Position numbers and translations under genes: made by a program
Source of the DNA: Candidatus Saccharimonadota bacterium
GTDB taxonomy: Bacteria; Patescibacteriota; Microgenomatia; UBA1406; GWC2-37-13
Reading direction: 5' to 3'
Length of the DNA: 32,000 nt
Assembly (NCBI GenBank): GCA_016700135.1
Contig: CP065004.1
Span: forward strand, 330,001-362,000
Notes under the pieces: generated by a model
What the model was told of the DNA's origin: nothing
What the model saw: only the letters and a program-made list of their open reading frames with translations
Databases searched by the model: none
Shown: positions 1 to 9,376 of the stretch, one piece after another
How positions within the stretch are numbered: position 1 is the first letter of the stretch
Layout of the letters: the number at the start of each line of letters is the position of its first letter

Positions 1-41
1 TATATCTCCGCACATTCTTGTCAATATCAAAGAAAGAGATC

Positions 42-734
42 CTATTCCCACTTGCCGGAAAGCAGTGCTGTACTCGGATGTCTTGATGTATCAACTTTCA
101 GTTTGGAAAAAATATCAGCAGATTTCATTGATTCCTCTTCATGTTCAGCCCGAATACCCAGTCTTCCGATATCTCCTCCTACTCCCACAAGTAATATCTG
201 TGTACTTTTCTGGTTTAGGCTTTGGGTTACTGAAACGGGAGAATAATTGGAAAAAGGTGCATCAGGAGACGAAGGGCGGCGGTGGGCCGGTCGATGAAGC
301 AGAATGTAGTTTCCTTCCTTTTCAATAGAAAACGATTTCTGCACTTCTCCGATGCGTTTGGGAAGTTCAAGTTTATACAGTAAATGAGAGTGATCTCTGT
401 GTTTGAGAATCGCATAAATTCCTTCTCCGGCAGGACGGGATGCTCCTTTTTGCGGAGTCCCCTTTTGCTCTTTATATGTTTGAAATCCGCGTCCTCCTAC
501 CATTTGTACGAATCCCCAGGTCGTTTCGCGCCCGTCATTTACGATTGGCAGTTTTTTATTTCCCATCACGACATACCGTGCAGGACCGTCAAGCGGATCA
601 AGCACAATAAAAAATCGTGAAACATCATCCATACCGGAAACCGTTTCTATCCCTTTTTTCGGTTTATAGAAAAAATAAATATCTCCCTGTTCAATAAATG
701 TCAGATCAATTTTCCATTTTTGTATCATAATCAA
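42..734 (-). CDS. hypothetical protein (230 aa)
   Basis: This is the longest ORF in the region and has an ATG start. The overlapping plus-strand ORFs are shorter and low-complexity. I recognised no motif. Confidence 0.55.
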   Translation of the reverse strand: MIMIQKWKIDLTFIEQGDIYFFYKPKKGIETVSGMDDVSRFFIVLDPLDGPARYVVMGNKKLPIVNDGRETTWGFVQMVGGRGFQTYKEQKGTPQKGASRPAGEGIYAILKHRDHSHLLYKLELPKRIGEVQKSFSIEKEGNYILLHRPAHRRPSSPDAPFSNYSPVSVTQSLNQKSTQILLVGVGGDIGRLGIRAEHEEESMKSADIFSKLKVDTSRHPSTALLSGKWE

Positions 735-807
735 GCCTCCGCAAAGCAGTATAGTATTTCTCCCTCAAGGAAATATGAAAGAAACGCGGTAAAACGGTAA
801 GAGGGAG

Positions 808-2157
808 CTATAGAAAAATTTCTTCGTGTAAGTGAGGTAAGTGAATTTGGTCAATTCCCAGCTCCTTTTGTACCCGCTCTGAAAGTGCGTTTCTTGAAGG
901 ATCTTCTCCGTGGGTCAATATCACGTGCTTTACTTGTTTGATGTGCTTGAGCCAATCCATAAGCTGTTGCTGATCCGCATGCGAACTCATCGCATGTGTC
1001 GTATTTACGGAAGCACTGACTGAAATCATTTTTCCGTCAATGAGAACTTCGCGCTGGCCTTCCATAAGCTCCCGGCCGAGTGTTCCTTCCCCCTGATAGC
1101 CGACGATAAATATTCGGTTTTTCGAATGCGAAAGATAGTGAGCAGCATGTCCGACTATACGACCTCCTGACATCATGCCGCTTCCGGCAATAATGACTTT
1201 TGCATCGTTTTTAAAATAAAGCCCTCTACTCTCGCTTCTTTTGGCGATGATTTCAAGACCGTCGAATGCAAAAATGCCGCCGTTCTCGAGGTCTTCAGTG
1301 ATATGAATATTGAACATTTCGGGATAATCCATATAGATCTGGGTCGCCTGATCGGCCATCGGACTGTCCAAAAACACCGGAGTACGCGCTTTTACTTTAC
1401 CTTCTTTTTTCAGATGCATGATCATGTGAAGAATCTCCTGTGTCCTTTCGAGTGCAAAGGCCGGAATAAGGAGAGTGCCGCCTGACTGTTCTACAGCATT
1501 GATCTCTGCTTGAAGCATTGCAGTTGCATCTTCATCAGCATGCAATCTGTCTCCGTAGGTTGATTCCATGACTACAGCATCAGCATCATCGATAAATTCG
1601 GTAGTTTTCACAATATCTTCAGGATAATTCCCGAGATCACCGCTAAAGACAATTTTTTGGATTTCTGAATTCGGTCTCAGATCTTCTATCTCAAGTGTGG
1701 CAGATCCCAATATATGCCCGGCATCCCGCATTGTGACAACAAAATCTCCTATTCTCTCAGGAGCTCTGTACTCCATTGTCTTGAAGCGATCAATAGTTCT
1801 ATATGCCAAATTTTTGTCGTAAAGTGCTTTTTTGTGGTCCTGTATTGCTATTTTTGCGCTGTCCAGCAAAGAAAGTTCCGTAAGGTCACGGGTTGGAGGG
1901 GTCATCCAGATTTTTCCTTTAAATCCGCGCGGGATCAAGATGGGAAGTCTGCCGCAATGATCAAGATGCGCATGTGTGAGGACTACACCGTCTAGTTTTG
2001 AACAGTTATATTCAAAAGGATTATTATTGAGTTTTTCGATATCAGGGGTTCCCTGAAACATCCCCAGATCAATAAGAATTGAATTCCCTGATCCGGACGT
2101 CAAGACATACGAAGAACCTGTAACCGTACCTGCGGCACCCAAGAATTTTATTTGCAT
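808..2157 (-). CDS. MBL-fold beta-CASP ribonuclease (CPSF73/RNase J superfamily)
   Basis: It has GAAGTVTGSSY near the N-terminus and the HxHxDH motif HAHLDHCG. The C-terminal MSSHAD and LTHGE motifs are typical of beta-CASP RNases. Length is 449 aa. Confidence 0.85.
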   Translation of the reverse strand: MQIKFLGAAGTVTGSSYVLTSGSGNSILIDLGMFQGTPDIEKLNNNPFEYNCSKLDGVVLTHAHLDHCGRLPILIPRGFKGKIWMTPPTRDLTELSLLDSAKIAIQDHKKALYDKNLAYRTIDRFKTMEYRAPERIGDFVVTMRDAGHILGSATLEIEDLRPNSEIQKIVFSGDLGNYPEDIVKTTEFIDDADAVVMESTYGDRLHADEDATAMLQAEINAVEQSGGTLLIPAFALERTQEILHMIMHLKKEGKVKARTPVFLDSPMADQATQIYMDYPEMFNIHITEDLENGGIFAFDGLEIIAKRSESRGLYFKNDAKVIIAGSGMMSGGRIVGHAAHYLSHSKNRIFIVGYQGEGTLGRELMEGQREVLIDGKMISVSASVNTTHAMSSHADQQQLMDWLKHIKQVKHVILTHGEDPSRNALSERVQKELGIDQIHLPHLHEEIFL

Positions 2158-2173
2158 CCTTTATTCTAACATC

Positions 2174-2563
2174 TCATTCCTTCCAGGGACTCATGAGCTG
2201 GAAATAATTACCGTCAGGGTCGGCAAATGTAGCAATCCACATTGCTTCGGGGTCAGAGGAGGATTCACCGTCTTCTGTCAGTCCATAGGACTCTTTGATA
2301 ACTGTTGCACCCTCTATCCCCTTGATGCGGTCAAACTCTCCCTTAACATCCTTTGTCTCCAGGTTGAACATGACCCGACCGGGATCTTTAGCCTGTCCTT
2401 CCATTTTGGAATGGTGTCCGACACTAAAAAAACTTGCACCGACCGACCACCCTGACCATCCACCATCTTTCATATCCGGTTTTTTATCAAATACTTTCTC
2501 ATAAAAAGCCGACATTATATCAGGCTGCATTGTTCCGACCATCATAGAATTAAGATTTAACAT
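2174..2563 (-). CDS. VOC (glyoxalase/bleomycin-resistance fold) family protein
   Basis: The 129-aa size and the pattern FYEKVF...W.ATFADPDGNYFQL are typical of VOC-fold proteins. Confidence 0.65.
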   Translation of the reverse strand: MLNLNSMMVGTMQPDIMSAFYEKVFDKKPDMKDGGWSGWSVGASFFSVGHHSKMEGQAKDPGRVMFNLETKDVKGEFDRIKGIEGATVIKESYGLTEDGESSSDPEAMWIATFADPDGNYFQLMSPWKE

Positions 2564-2636
2564 ACATGAAATAGAAATAATAAAGTTGATTTATTGTAAA
2601 GGTATAAGTGTAAAGATTTTGTATGGAATCAGCAGA

Positions 2637-3928
2637 TTAGCCTTTAAGGTACTTTTCCGAAAGAAGTTTGTACGGTTTGGAACGCATCGCAAGCAGGGTT
2701 ACCACAAGCCCTATTGCTCCTGTCACGGTAAAAACAAGGGCGATCCCTCGCCCCGGCCCTACCCCGAACCAACCTCCGATCAGGTCTACGCCTCGTCCTG
2801 TCGTCATAAACGGAATGAAAACAAACTCTGCAAGCGGCCCGATCAGAAATGCAGTGAGAGGTGAAGCTGTCTGTTCTACACTCTGGGAAAAGCCGAATAC
2901 CCGTCCCTGCCTCTCGGGAGGAACGACCTTTTGTATGATTGTCTGCTCTGATGCTTCAGCAAACGGAGAAAGCGTAATCCAGAGTGCCATTCCGCCCGCA
3001 AGCAGAAATACCCAAGGTTGTATGGTAAAAAACATCGCCACGGTCCACATCGCAATATTAGTGATAAACAATGTCCGTAACGGATTTTTGCCGAGACCTA
3101 CTTTTGCAATAATCAGTCCTCCGAGTATAAATCCGAGACTTAAAAATCCCCACAAAATTCCCCATGTCTGTACTGAGACCAAAGTAAGTCCATAGGCATC
3201 CATAAGTGACATGAAAACTCCGCCCAGAAAGTTGTTAATCGTTGCAAAGAGGATAAGGGCAATAAGACCGGGAATATTTCGTATTACTTTGAAGGTTCCT
3301 TTAATATCAATTTTTTTCGGCTGATCTTCCAGATGAACGATTTTTTTCTCTGTCATCGGGATCAACATGAGATGTACCAATGCTAAAACCGTAAACCCGA
3401 CAGCAAGATATAAAACCGCATGCATACCCCAATGCCCAGCACCAATCCGCTTGCAAAAGAAGTTACCGAAAATGCCACTCCCATCATGGAACCGACAAGA
3501 CCGTTTGCCTTGTCATGTTTATCCTTTTCGACAAGAATCGTAACGGTTGTCGGAACGGTAATATTCCGGATATTACCGGCAATAACCCCGCTCATCAGGA
3601 GAAACATGAGTATCCACAATTCGATATTCCGTACTGAGTGAAATAACTCCTGCGGTGTCATACTGAAGTAAGCTAATCCCAGCAGGAAAAATATTCCTGT
3701 GGCAACGCTTGAGATCAGCATGGCACTTTTCTTTTTATGATGGTCCACGATCGAGCCAAACCAGAAACCGGTGGCAGCTGTTGCTACCAGATAGATACCG
3801 GCAAGGTATGATGTTGCAAGGACTGATTTTGTTTCCAAGTAAATCCAAAAGGTCAGTGCAAACCAGACAAAATTATTCGTAACACCGGCAATGAGTGAGT
3901 TGGCAAGAAGCCAATAAAAAGTTTTCAC
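2637..3928 (-). pseudogene. MFS transporter (macrolide-efflux/EntS-like) split by a -1 frameshift
   Basis: ORFs 3383-3928 (N-terminal half, 6 TM-like segments) and 2637-3425 (C-terminal half) overlap by 43 nt. Adding one G to the G4 run (plus-strand cccc, 3427-3430) gives a continuous ...GLVLGIGGMHAVLYLAVGF.... Confidence 0.7.
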
Positions 3929-4041
3929 TTAAGAAGTATAACAAAAAAATATTGTATGACTGAGAGTATTCAAGCGTCTGAAATAAAGGGCTAAACCACA
4001 AATATGATTTTCCCTTCTTTGAGCATTGTACTCAATAATGA

Positions 4042-4443
4042 TTACATTCCCTGACTGGGTTGAAGTATCCCGACGACATTCCCTTCCGTATCAAGAAAAG
4101 AGACATATTTCCCTACTCCCGGAATATCCATTATCTCCGTCTTGATCTCTCCTCCTGCTGCTTTTACCGCTTCGATACTTTCCTCAATATTTTCAACGGA
4201 AATAACTACATGGGGAGCACGGTTCAGTTCATCATCTTTATAATCGAAAAAACCGCCGTTGATTGTCCCGGGAGCACTGGGCATGCCGTTCTCACCAACC
4301 TCGCTGGTTGCGGCCATAACATAATCTCCCATTTCGGGTCCGAGTTGTTGCATCCCCCATCCGAATGCCTCAGAATAAAATTTGCTCACTCGGGCACGGT
4401 CTTTGGCGGGCATTTCAAAATGTACTACGGGATTTTTTTTCAT
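4042..4443 (-). CDS. VOC family protein (glyoxalase-like)
   Basis: 133 aa. It starts VVHFEMPAKDRARVSKFYSEAFGW and ends YVSFLDTEGNVVGI, a typical glyoxalase-fold signature. Confidence 0.75.
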   Translation of the reverse strand: MKKNPVVHFEMPAKDRARVSKFYSEAFGWGMQQLGPEMGDYVMAATSEVGENGMPSAPGTINGGFFDYKDDELNRAPHVVISVENIEESIEAVKAAGGEIKTEIMDIPGVGKYVSFLDTEGNVVGILQPSQGM

Positions 4444-4481
4444 AAGTCTCTAATAATTGGTAATTCTTTACAAATATCACG

Positions 4482-5363
4482 TTATTCATTTCCTTTATAC
4501 GCTTTTTCCAGTTCAGAGATATCAAACTTTTTCATCTTCATAAATGCTTTTGTTACCCGTTCCATCTGTTCTTTACTTCCCTTCCCCATCATCTCATCCA
4601 TGGCGGTCGGGACAATTTGCCAGGATACACCGAATTTGTCTTTGAGCCATCCGCACTGCTCTGCTTCCGGGACTGCTGAAAGCTTTTCCCAGTAATAATC
4701 AATTTCCTGCTGATCACGGCAGTTTACGATAAATGAAATCGCTTCATTAAAGGAAAATTTGTGATCATAGGCACTGTCTGAGATCATAAATACCTGTCCG
4801 TCCAGCGTAAATTCTGCGTGGTCAACCATCTTTTGACCCTCATCTTTTTCATTTCGATATACATGATCAATCGAGGAATTGTCAAAAATCTTCGTATAAA
4901 ACTCCATTGCTTCTTCGGCTTTCCCGCAGACTTTTCCCACAAACATCAAAAACGGAGAAATTTTCTGCTTAACTGAGCTGTAATCATTGGGCACATTAAG
5001 CTGCCAAGATAAACCATATTTGTCCTGTACCCAAGCGAATTTTTTGCTGAATTCGTACGTATCAAGCGGCATAAGCTCCGTGCCGCCTTCCATAAGAGCT
5101 TTGTGTAGTTTTTTGATCTCTTCTTCCGTCTCACACTGTACAGAAATTGAGATTGACGGATTAAATTTAAAAATCGGGCCGGCGCTAATTGACATAAACG
5201 GCTCTCCCGAAAGAGTGAAAGAAACAATATCGCAGTCTCCTGACGGTGTATCGGTGATTCGGGATACGTGATCAATGCTTGATCCGGAAAATAAAGAAGT
5301 GTAGAACTCTGCTGCTTCTTTCGCCTGAGTATCAAACCAAAGATGTGTTCTTATTTTTTTCAT
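4482..5363 (-). CDS. tandem PhnB-like/3-demethylubiquinone-9 3-methyltransferase-like (VOC superfamily) two-domain protein
   Basis: The domain is duplicated. LWFDTQAKEAAEFYTSLF...DKYGLSWQL is repeated as LMFVGKVCGKAEEAMEFYTKIF...DKFGVSWQI. Confidence 0.7.
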   Translation of the reverse strand: MKKIRTHLWFDTQAKEAAEFYTSLFSGSSIDHVSRITDTPSGDCDIVSFTLSGEPFMSISAGPIFKFNPSISISVQCETEEEIKKLHKALMEGGTELMPLDTYEFSKKFAWVQDKYGLSWQLNVPNDYSSVKQKISPFLMFVGKVCGKAEEAMEFYTKIFDNSSIDHVYRNEKDEGQKMVDHAEFTLDGQVFMISDSAYDHKFSFNEAISFIVNCRDQQEIDYYWEKLSAVPEAEQCGWLKDKFGVSWQIVPTAMDEMMGKGSKEQMERVTKAFMKMKKFDISELEKAYKGNE

Positions 5364-5779
5364 TGTAATTCCTCCTTTTCCGGCATTTTACTGATATCCA
5401 TAAAGAATACTTCCCATGTATGACCGTCCGGATCGTAAAAAGCCCGCCCATACATAAATCCGTAATCATAAGGGTCGCGCTGCTCTTTACCGCCGGCTTC
5501 AAGTACCTTTTCCATAAGAGTATCTACTTCTTCATGGCTTTCAACCTGAAATGCAGTTATTGACTCTATAACCTTTGATGTATCAGCAATTTCCTTTTTT
5601 ACGAAACTGTTGAATTTCTCATGGGTCAGGAGCATGACATAATGTCCTTCACTAAGCACCAATCCTGCGGCCGTTTCATCAGTAAACTGTTCGTTAAACG
5701 TAAAACCGATTTTTTTAAAAAAATCCATTGAAACAGTCAGATTTTTTACCGGAAGATTTACAAAAATATTCGTCACCAT
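5360..5779 (-). CDS. VOC family protein (glyoxalase/bleomycin resistance-like)
   Basis: 139 aa, with PVKNL..S.DFFKKIGF at the N-terminus and FYDPDGHTWEVF at the C-terminus. Its stop overlaps the next gene's start in ATGA (5360-5363), which suggests translational coupling. Confidence 0.75.
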   Translation of the reverse strand: MVTNIFVNLPVKNLTVSMDFFKKIGFTFNEQFTDETAAGLVLSEGHYVMLLTHEKFNSFVKKEIADTSKVIESITAFQVESHEEVDTLMEKVLEAGGKEQRDPYDYGFMYGRAFYDPDGHTWEVFFMDISKMPEKEELQ

Positions 5780-5890
5780 ACATATCCTGAACTAATAAAG
5801 AACTTTTATTATGGCAAATGAAATGTAAGAGAAAGATAAGAAAAAAAACTTACCATCGCTGTCCCTAAATATTTTCTTATCTAAACGATT

Positions 5891-5922
5891 AAGGAGTATT
5901 GACGATTAGGTCAATACTCCTT
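5891..5922 (-). terminator. perfect 13-bp stem hairpin downstream of the helicase gene (possible bidirectional terminator)
   Basis: AAGGAGTATTGAC (5891-5903), a 6-nt loop, then GTCAATACTCCTT (5910-5922). It lies 25 nt past the helicase stop. The U-tract is weak. Confidence 0.4.
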
Positions 5923-5946
5923 TTAAATTGCTCATTAAAACAACAC

Positions 5947-7152
5947 TCAGTCAATGAATGTCAGCGCCACTCCAGTTTTATCCGCACGACCGGTACGGCC
6001 GATACGATGAATATAATCATCGTAGGTCTCCGGAAGTTCATAGTTGATGACATGAGACACATTATCAATATCTATTCCGCGTGAAGCGACGTCAGTTGCA
6101 AGCAGTATGCGTATACGATTCTGTTTAAAAGCATCAAGAGCACGCTGTCTTTGACTTTGTGACTTATTGCCGTGAATTGTCGCCGTTTCGAAACCGCGGT
6201 CTCGCAGCTGCTTATACAGGCGTTCCATACCGTGTTTGGTACGGCCGAATACCAGCACTTTGTCAAATCCCGGTTTGATCAGCAAATCATGCAGAACATC
6301 TACTTTATTCTGTCCTGAAATTCTGACGATGTCCTGATCGACATTGGTTGAGGCTTTTTGGCTGGCTACTTCAACCGTTATCGGATTGGTGAGAAACCGT
6401 GCTGCAACCATCTTTGCCTTTTGAGTCATCGTCGCCGAAAAGAAAAGTGAATGCCTTTTTTGAGGCAGTAACGAGATAATATGGGAAATATCATGAATAA
6501 ATCCCATATCAAGCATTCTGTCTACTTCATCAAGCACGATTGTTTTGTACTGATCAAGATAAAGGGCGCGACGTTCCGTCAAATCTTTGATACGACCCGG
6601 TGTCCCTACCACAATGTTCGGATTCCGTCGGAGATCACGGATCTGCCGGCTGATTGATACTCCTCCGATGACAAGAGTGCTGAAGCATCTGGTGCCTTGT
6701 GCGAATGCTCTTGCTTCGTCCATGATCTGGAGTGCCAGTTCACGGGTCGGGGTAATAACGATCGCTTTCTGCTGCGGGTCATTGACTATCTTTTGAATGA
6801 TCGGCAGCAAAAATGCTGCTGTTTTCCCGGTGCCCGTTGAGGCAAGACCGATCACATCACGACCTTCAAGAATTGTCGAAATAACCTGATCCTGAATAGG
6901 AGAAGGTGCCGTATATCCCTTGTTTGAAATATTTTTTTCAATAATCGGATGCAGTTTGAAATCTGCAAATGAATGAGTGGCAACATAATCGCGCTTGATT
7001 TGAGGCTCCGCTTTTTTAATAAGCATTTGCGGATCCACACTCATGTAGCGGATACGATTGCCAGTCTGTCTTGGGAAAGATGACTTTCCGCGGTTAATAA
7101 ATTGTTTGTGTGATCCACGGGGACCACGAAATGAACGTCTTTGAAACGACAT
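5947..7152 (-). CDS. DEAD-box ATP-dependent RNA helicase
   Basis: Motifs present: Q motif GYTAPSPIQ, motif I ASTGTGKTAAF, Ia PTRELA, II DEVD, III SAT, then ATDVASRGID and HRIGRTGR. I prefer the ATG at 7150-7152 (MSFQRR...). The track's extension to 7287 is non-helicase-like and overlaps a promoter-like element. Confidence 0.9.
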   Translation of the reverse strand: MSFQRRSFRGPRGSHKQFINRGKSSFPRQTGNRIRYMSVDPQMLIKKAEPQIKRDYVATHSFADFKLHPIIEKNISNKGYTAPSPIQDQVISTILEGRDVIGLASTGTGKTAAFLLPIIQKIVNDPQQKAIVITPTRELALQIMDEARAFAQGTRCFSTLVIGGVSISRQIRDLRRNPNIVVGTPGRIKDLTERRALYLDQYKTIVLDEVDRMLDMGFIHDISHIISLLPQKRHSLFFSATMTQKAKMVAARFLTNPITVEVASQKASTNVDQDIVRISGQNKVDVLHDLLIKPGFDKVLVFGRTKHGMERLYKQLRDRGFETATIHGNKSQSQRQRALDAFKQNRIRILLATDVASRGIDIDNVSHVINYELPETYDDYIHRIGRTGRADKTGVALTFID

Positions 7153-7258
7153 AAAAATAAATGGGTTACCTAAATTACTCAGTGAGGAAGACCTAAACCC
7201 AATTTGATATATGGAAGATCTCGCGTCTAAGGAGAAAAAGGTATCTGATAATGAAGAT

Positions 7259-7287
7259 AGTATACCACATCGCAATCTAATACACAA
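7259..7287 (-). promoter_or_regulatory. candidate promoter of the helicase gene (TTGTGT-N17-TGgTATACT)
   Basis: On the minus strand the -35 TTGTGT is at 7282-7287 and the extended -10 TGGTATACT is at 7259-7267, with a 17-nt spacer. This would give a 5' UTR of about 100 nt. Confidence 0.35.
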
Positions 7288-7294
7288 CTATAGG

Positions 7295-7570
7295 TTATTT
7301 CTTTTTGGCGGCCTTAGCTTCTGCTTTATTTTTTTTTGCATTGCTTATGCGCTCTTCTCGAATGGCTTCCTGGTCTTTCCTTCTTTTCACGGTCCGTTCC
7401 ATATCTTTCTCTGATTCCTCGCGACAAACGGGATCAGAACATTTGTAGATCGATGTTGTGACCGGACTGTGCTGCATGGGAACTTTTTCCACAGTAACGC
7501 TCATCAGGAGCATGTTTTTGCCGCATTTATAGCACTTCCGGTTTGTTAGTTGGGGATATTTAGTTTTCAA
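7295..7570 (-). CDS. small zinc-ribbon protein with lysine-rich tail
   Basis: It has CYKCG...CSDPVC (two CxxC pairs) and a basic C-terminus. Keeping the first CxxC requires the TTG start. Confidence 0.5.
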   Translation of the reverse strand: MKTKYPQLTNRKCYKCGKNMLLMSVTVEKVPMQHSPVTTSIYKCSDPVCREESEKDMERTVKRRKDQEAIREERISNAKKNKAEAKAAKKK

Positions 7571-7603
7571 TATATCCTATTATAACGCAAAAAAAGCTAT
7601 TTT

Positions 7604-7768
7604 TCACGGCAAAAGCAATCCTCTTCTCTTCATTTCCTCCAATATTTTCCCGTGCAAAGGGCGACACTGACAGTTTTTTACGTGTTCGCTATGCCATTGA
7701 ATACGTTCATCAAGTGTGGGGTTTTTCGGCATCTTATGTGCCAGATGCCATTCCTTATTAATATTCAT
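7604..7768 (-). CDS. small conserved-looking protein (54 aa), absent from the ORF track
   Basis: The ATG at 7766-7768 opens MNINKEWHLAHKMPKNPTLDERIQWHSEHVKNCQCRPLHGKILEEMKRRGLLLP. The WH..H.MPKNPT..ERI.WH.EH...C.CR pattern looks like a real small-protein family. It fills an otherwise empty 280-bp gap. Confidence 0.45.
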   Translation of the reverse strand: MNINKEWHLAHKMPKNPTLDERIQWHSEHVKNCQCRPLHGKILEEMKRRGLLLP

Positions 7769-7850
7769 ATTCGTTAGTATAACGTTTTTCCCGTCAAGGC
7801 GCTATGTTTTAAATATTGTCCTTTCCTCCGTTTCCTGATACTATCAAACT

Positions 7851-8246
7851 ATGCCAAAACAGAAAAAAACCTCAAACCCTATGATCTCACTGAATACAGT
7901 TGTGGTCGTTTTTGTATCTTTCGTCATCGGTTTCGGACTTGGTGCAAAAGTAATGCAAACTCAGACAAAATCGGCAGAAAAAATGACGGAGCCGTCACCG
8001 ACTCCTGTGACGGAGTACACATTGGAAGAAATTGCAAAGCACAATACAAAAGCGGACTGTTGGCAGGCAATTGACGGTACGGTCTATGACTTTACTTCAT
8101 ATATCGCATCTGATGAACACCCGGGCGGAGGGGCTATGATTAAAGATTGCGGGACCGATGCATCTGAAAATTTCGCCAATAAGCCGCCGCACTCTGAATA
8201 TGCGCGTTCACTTCTTCCCGACTATGAAATCGGAAAGCTGAAATAA
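7851..8246 (+). CDS. membrane-anchored cytochrome b5-like heme-binding domain protein
   Basis: It has an N-terminal TM segment (VVVVFVSFVIGFGLGA). The b5 signature follows: HNTKADCWQAIDGTVYDFT...EHPGG. Confidence 0.8.
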   Translation: MPKQKKTSNPMISLNTVVVVFVSFVIGFGLGAKVMQTQTKSAEKMTEPSPTPVTEYTLEEIAKHNTKADCWQAIDGTVYDFTSYIASDEHPGGGAMIKDCGTDASENFANKPPHSEYARSLLPDYEIGKLK

Positions 8247-8248
8247 TG

Positions 8249-8416
8249 TCATATCTGAAGACGGGACCAGGCCTCATACACGAGGTATGCCGGCCATACG
8301 ATGGATTTTACGATCCCCCACAGAATCTGTGAGAATCCGTCGGCATACTGGATGTTGTAAATAAGAGATCCGATGAAGCCGAATCCGTACACCGCTCCGC
8401 TTGAAGATTTGCACAT
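8249..8416 (-). CDS. small membrane protein (55 aa)
   Basis: The internal ATG gives MCKSSSGAVYGFGFIGSLIYNIQYADGFSQILWGIVKSIVWPAYLVY, a two-TM-like peptide. The start is uncertain (track 8249-8497). Confidence 0.4.
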   Translation of the reverse strand: MCKSSSGAVYGFGFIGSLIYNIQYADGFSQILWGIVKSIVWPAYLVYEAWSRLQI

Positions 8417-8523
8417 GCATACAGTATAGTCCTGGTGACAACCCTTGTAAATAAACTTCGGTGAGCCGCTCAAATAGATATAGCATTCTCCGTACAATCA
8501 ATGGTATCCTTATAGATAGCCGT

Positions 8524-8898
8524 ATGTTCAAAGGAACCCTCAAAAAAACGCTTCTTTTGGTAATTGTTTTCATTATCGGAATCGGAATCTTTCTCTTCGG
8601 ATCTCCTCATTTGGATGATTTCCTGAACGAAAAAAAAGACATTATCAACACCATCTCGCTTAAACTTCAGATTGTTGAATCAATCCAATCTTCCGATCAA
8701 CCGGAAATGCGACAATCTGCTGATGTAACAATGAATAAGTATGTCCTCATGAAGCAGAACTTCTGTAAAAAACGGTATTTCTATCTGAAATCTGAATGTG
8801 AATTGAGAGAACTGAACAAATCAAGTCTCAATGCTCTTAACTCTTTACTCGAAGCGGGAATCCAGGAGATTGTTGAGATACAAAACAGTGGTAGCTAA
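8524..8898 (+). CDS. membrane-anchored hypothetical protein
   Basis: The ATG at 8524 gives MFKGTLKKTLLLVIVFIIGIGIFLFG, a signal anchor. The track's GTG start at 8461 overlaps the convergent gene. Confidence 0.45.
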   Translation: MFKGTLKKTLLLVIVFIIGIGIFLFGSPHLDDFLNEKKDIINTISLKLQIVESIQSSDQPEMRQSADVTMNKYVLMKQNFCKKRYFYLKSECELRELNKSSLNALNSLLEAGIQEIVEIQNSGS

Positions 8899-8902
8899 CA
8901 GT

Positions 8903-9319
8903 TCAACTGTTTTCTACATGTTTTTTAAAGTTGTCCATAATCGCCTGCCAACCCTGCTGTTGAAGCTCACGTGAGTTCTCAGATTCAGGATCAAAGGTCT
9001 CTGTGACTTTTACGCCATCAGGAACTGTCTCAAAAATGACAGAGACATGTCGACCGTCATCCATGTCATATTCTATCCGTCCATGTTCTTCTACCTCGGT
9101 ATATTCTCCCGTAAAGTCAAAACTGGTACTTTTATCTTTTGCTGCCATCACCGTTTTGAATTTCCCGCCAACCCGAACATCATTTTCGGCAGAAGGAGCC
9201 TCCCAGTCATCGGAAGCAAATGCCCAACGTGTAATATGATCAGGCTCTGTCCAGTAGTTCCAGACTTTATCCATAGGAGCGTTGATGATTGTTTGTACGG
9301 TGATTGGTTGAGTATCCAT
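8903..9319 (-). CDS. SRPBCC-fold protein (AHSA1/Aha1-like)
   Basis: INAPMDKVWNYWTEPDHITRW, GGKF and FDFTGEYTEVE form the typical AHSA1-domain pattern. Length is 138 aa. Confidence 0.8.
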   Translation of the reverse strand: MDTQPITVQTIINAPMDKVWNYWTEPDHITRWAFASDDWEAPSAENDVRVGGKFKTVMAAKDKSTSFDFTGEYTEVEEHGRIEYDMDDGRHVSVIFETVPDGVKVTETFDPESENSRELQQQGWQAIMDNFKKHVENS

Positions 9320-9376
9320 AGTAATTCGATTGTAACAAAGGGTTTGTAAAGGTTACGTAAGGAGTTGTATCCAATT

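Noticed and set aside
2668-3195. 175-aa plus-strand ORF, and similar antisense ORFs at 4060-4695, 12180-12728, 14716-15075 and 29588-29938
   Set aside because: All lie fully inside better-supported genes on the opposite strand. They have Pro/Ser/Arg-rich low-complexity translations and no motifs, so they are shadow ORFs.
5947-7287. Track ORF giving the DEAD-box helicase a 45-aa N-terminal extension (MCIRLRCGILSS...)
   Set aside because: The extension is Cys/Ser/Arg-rich and unlike a helicase. It overlaps a promoter-like TTGTGT-N17-TGGTATACT element. The ATG at 7152 gives a normal basic N-terminus before the Q motif.
8274-8573. 99-aa minus-strand ORF overlapping 8249-8497
   Set aside because: The translation is arginine-rich and lacks a hydrophobic or domain pattern. 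It overlaps both the small membrane-protein ORF and the plus-strand gene starting at 8524.
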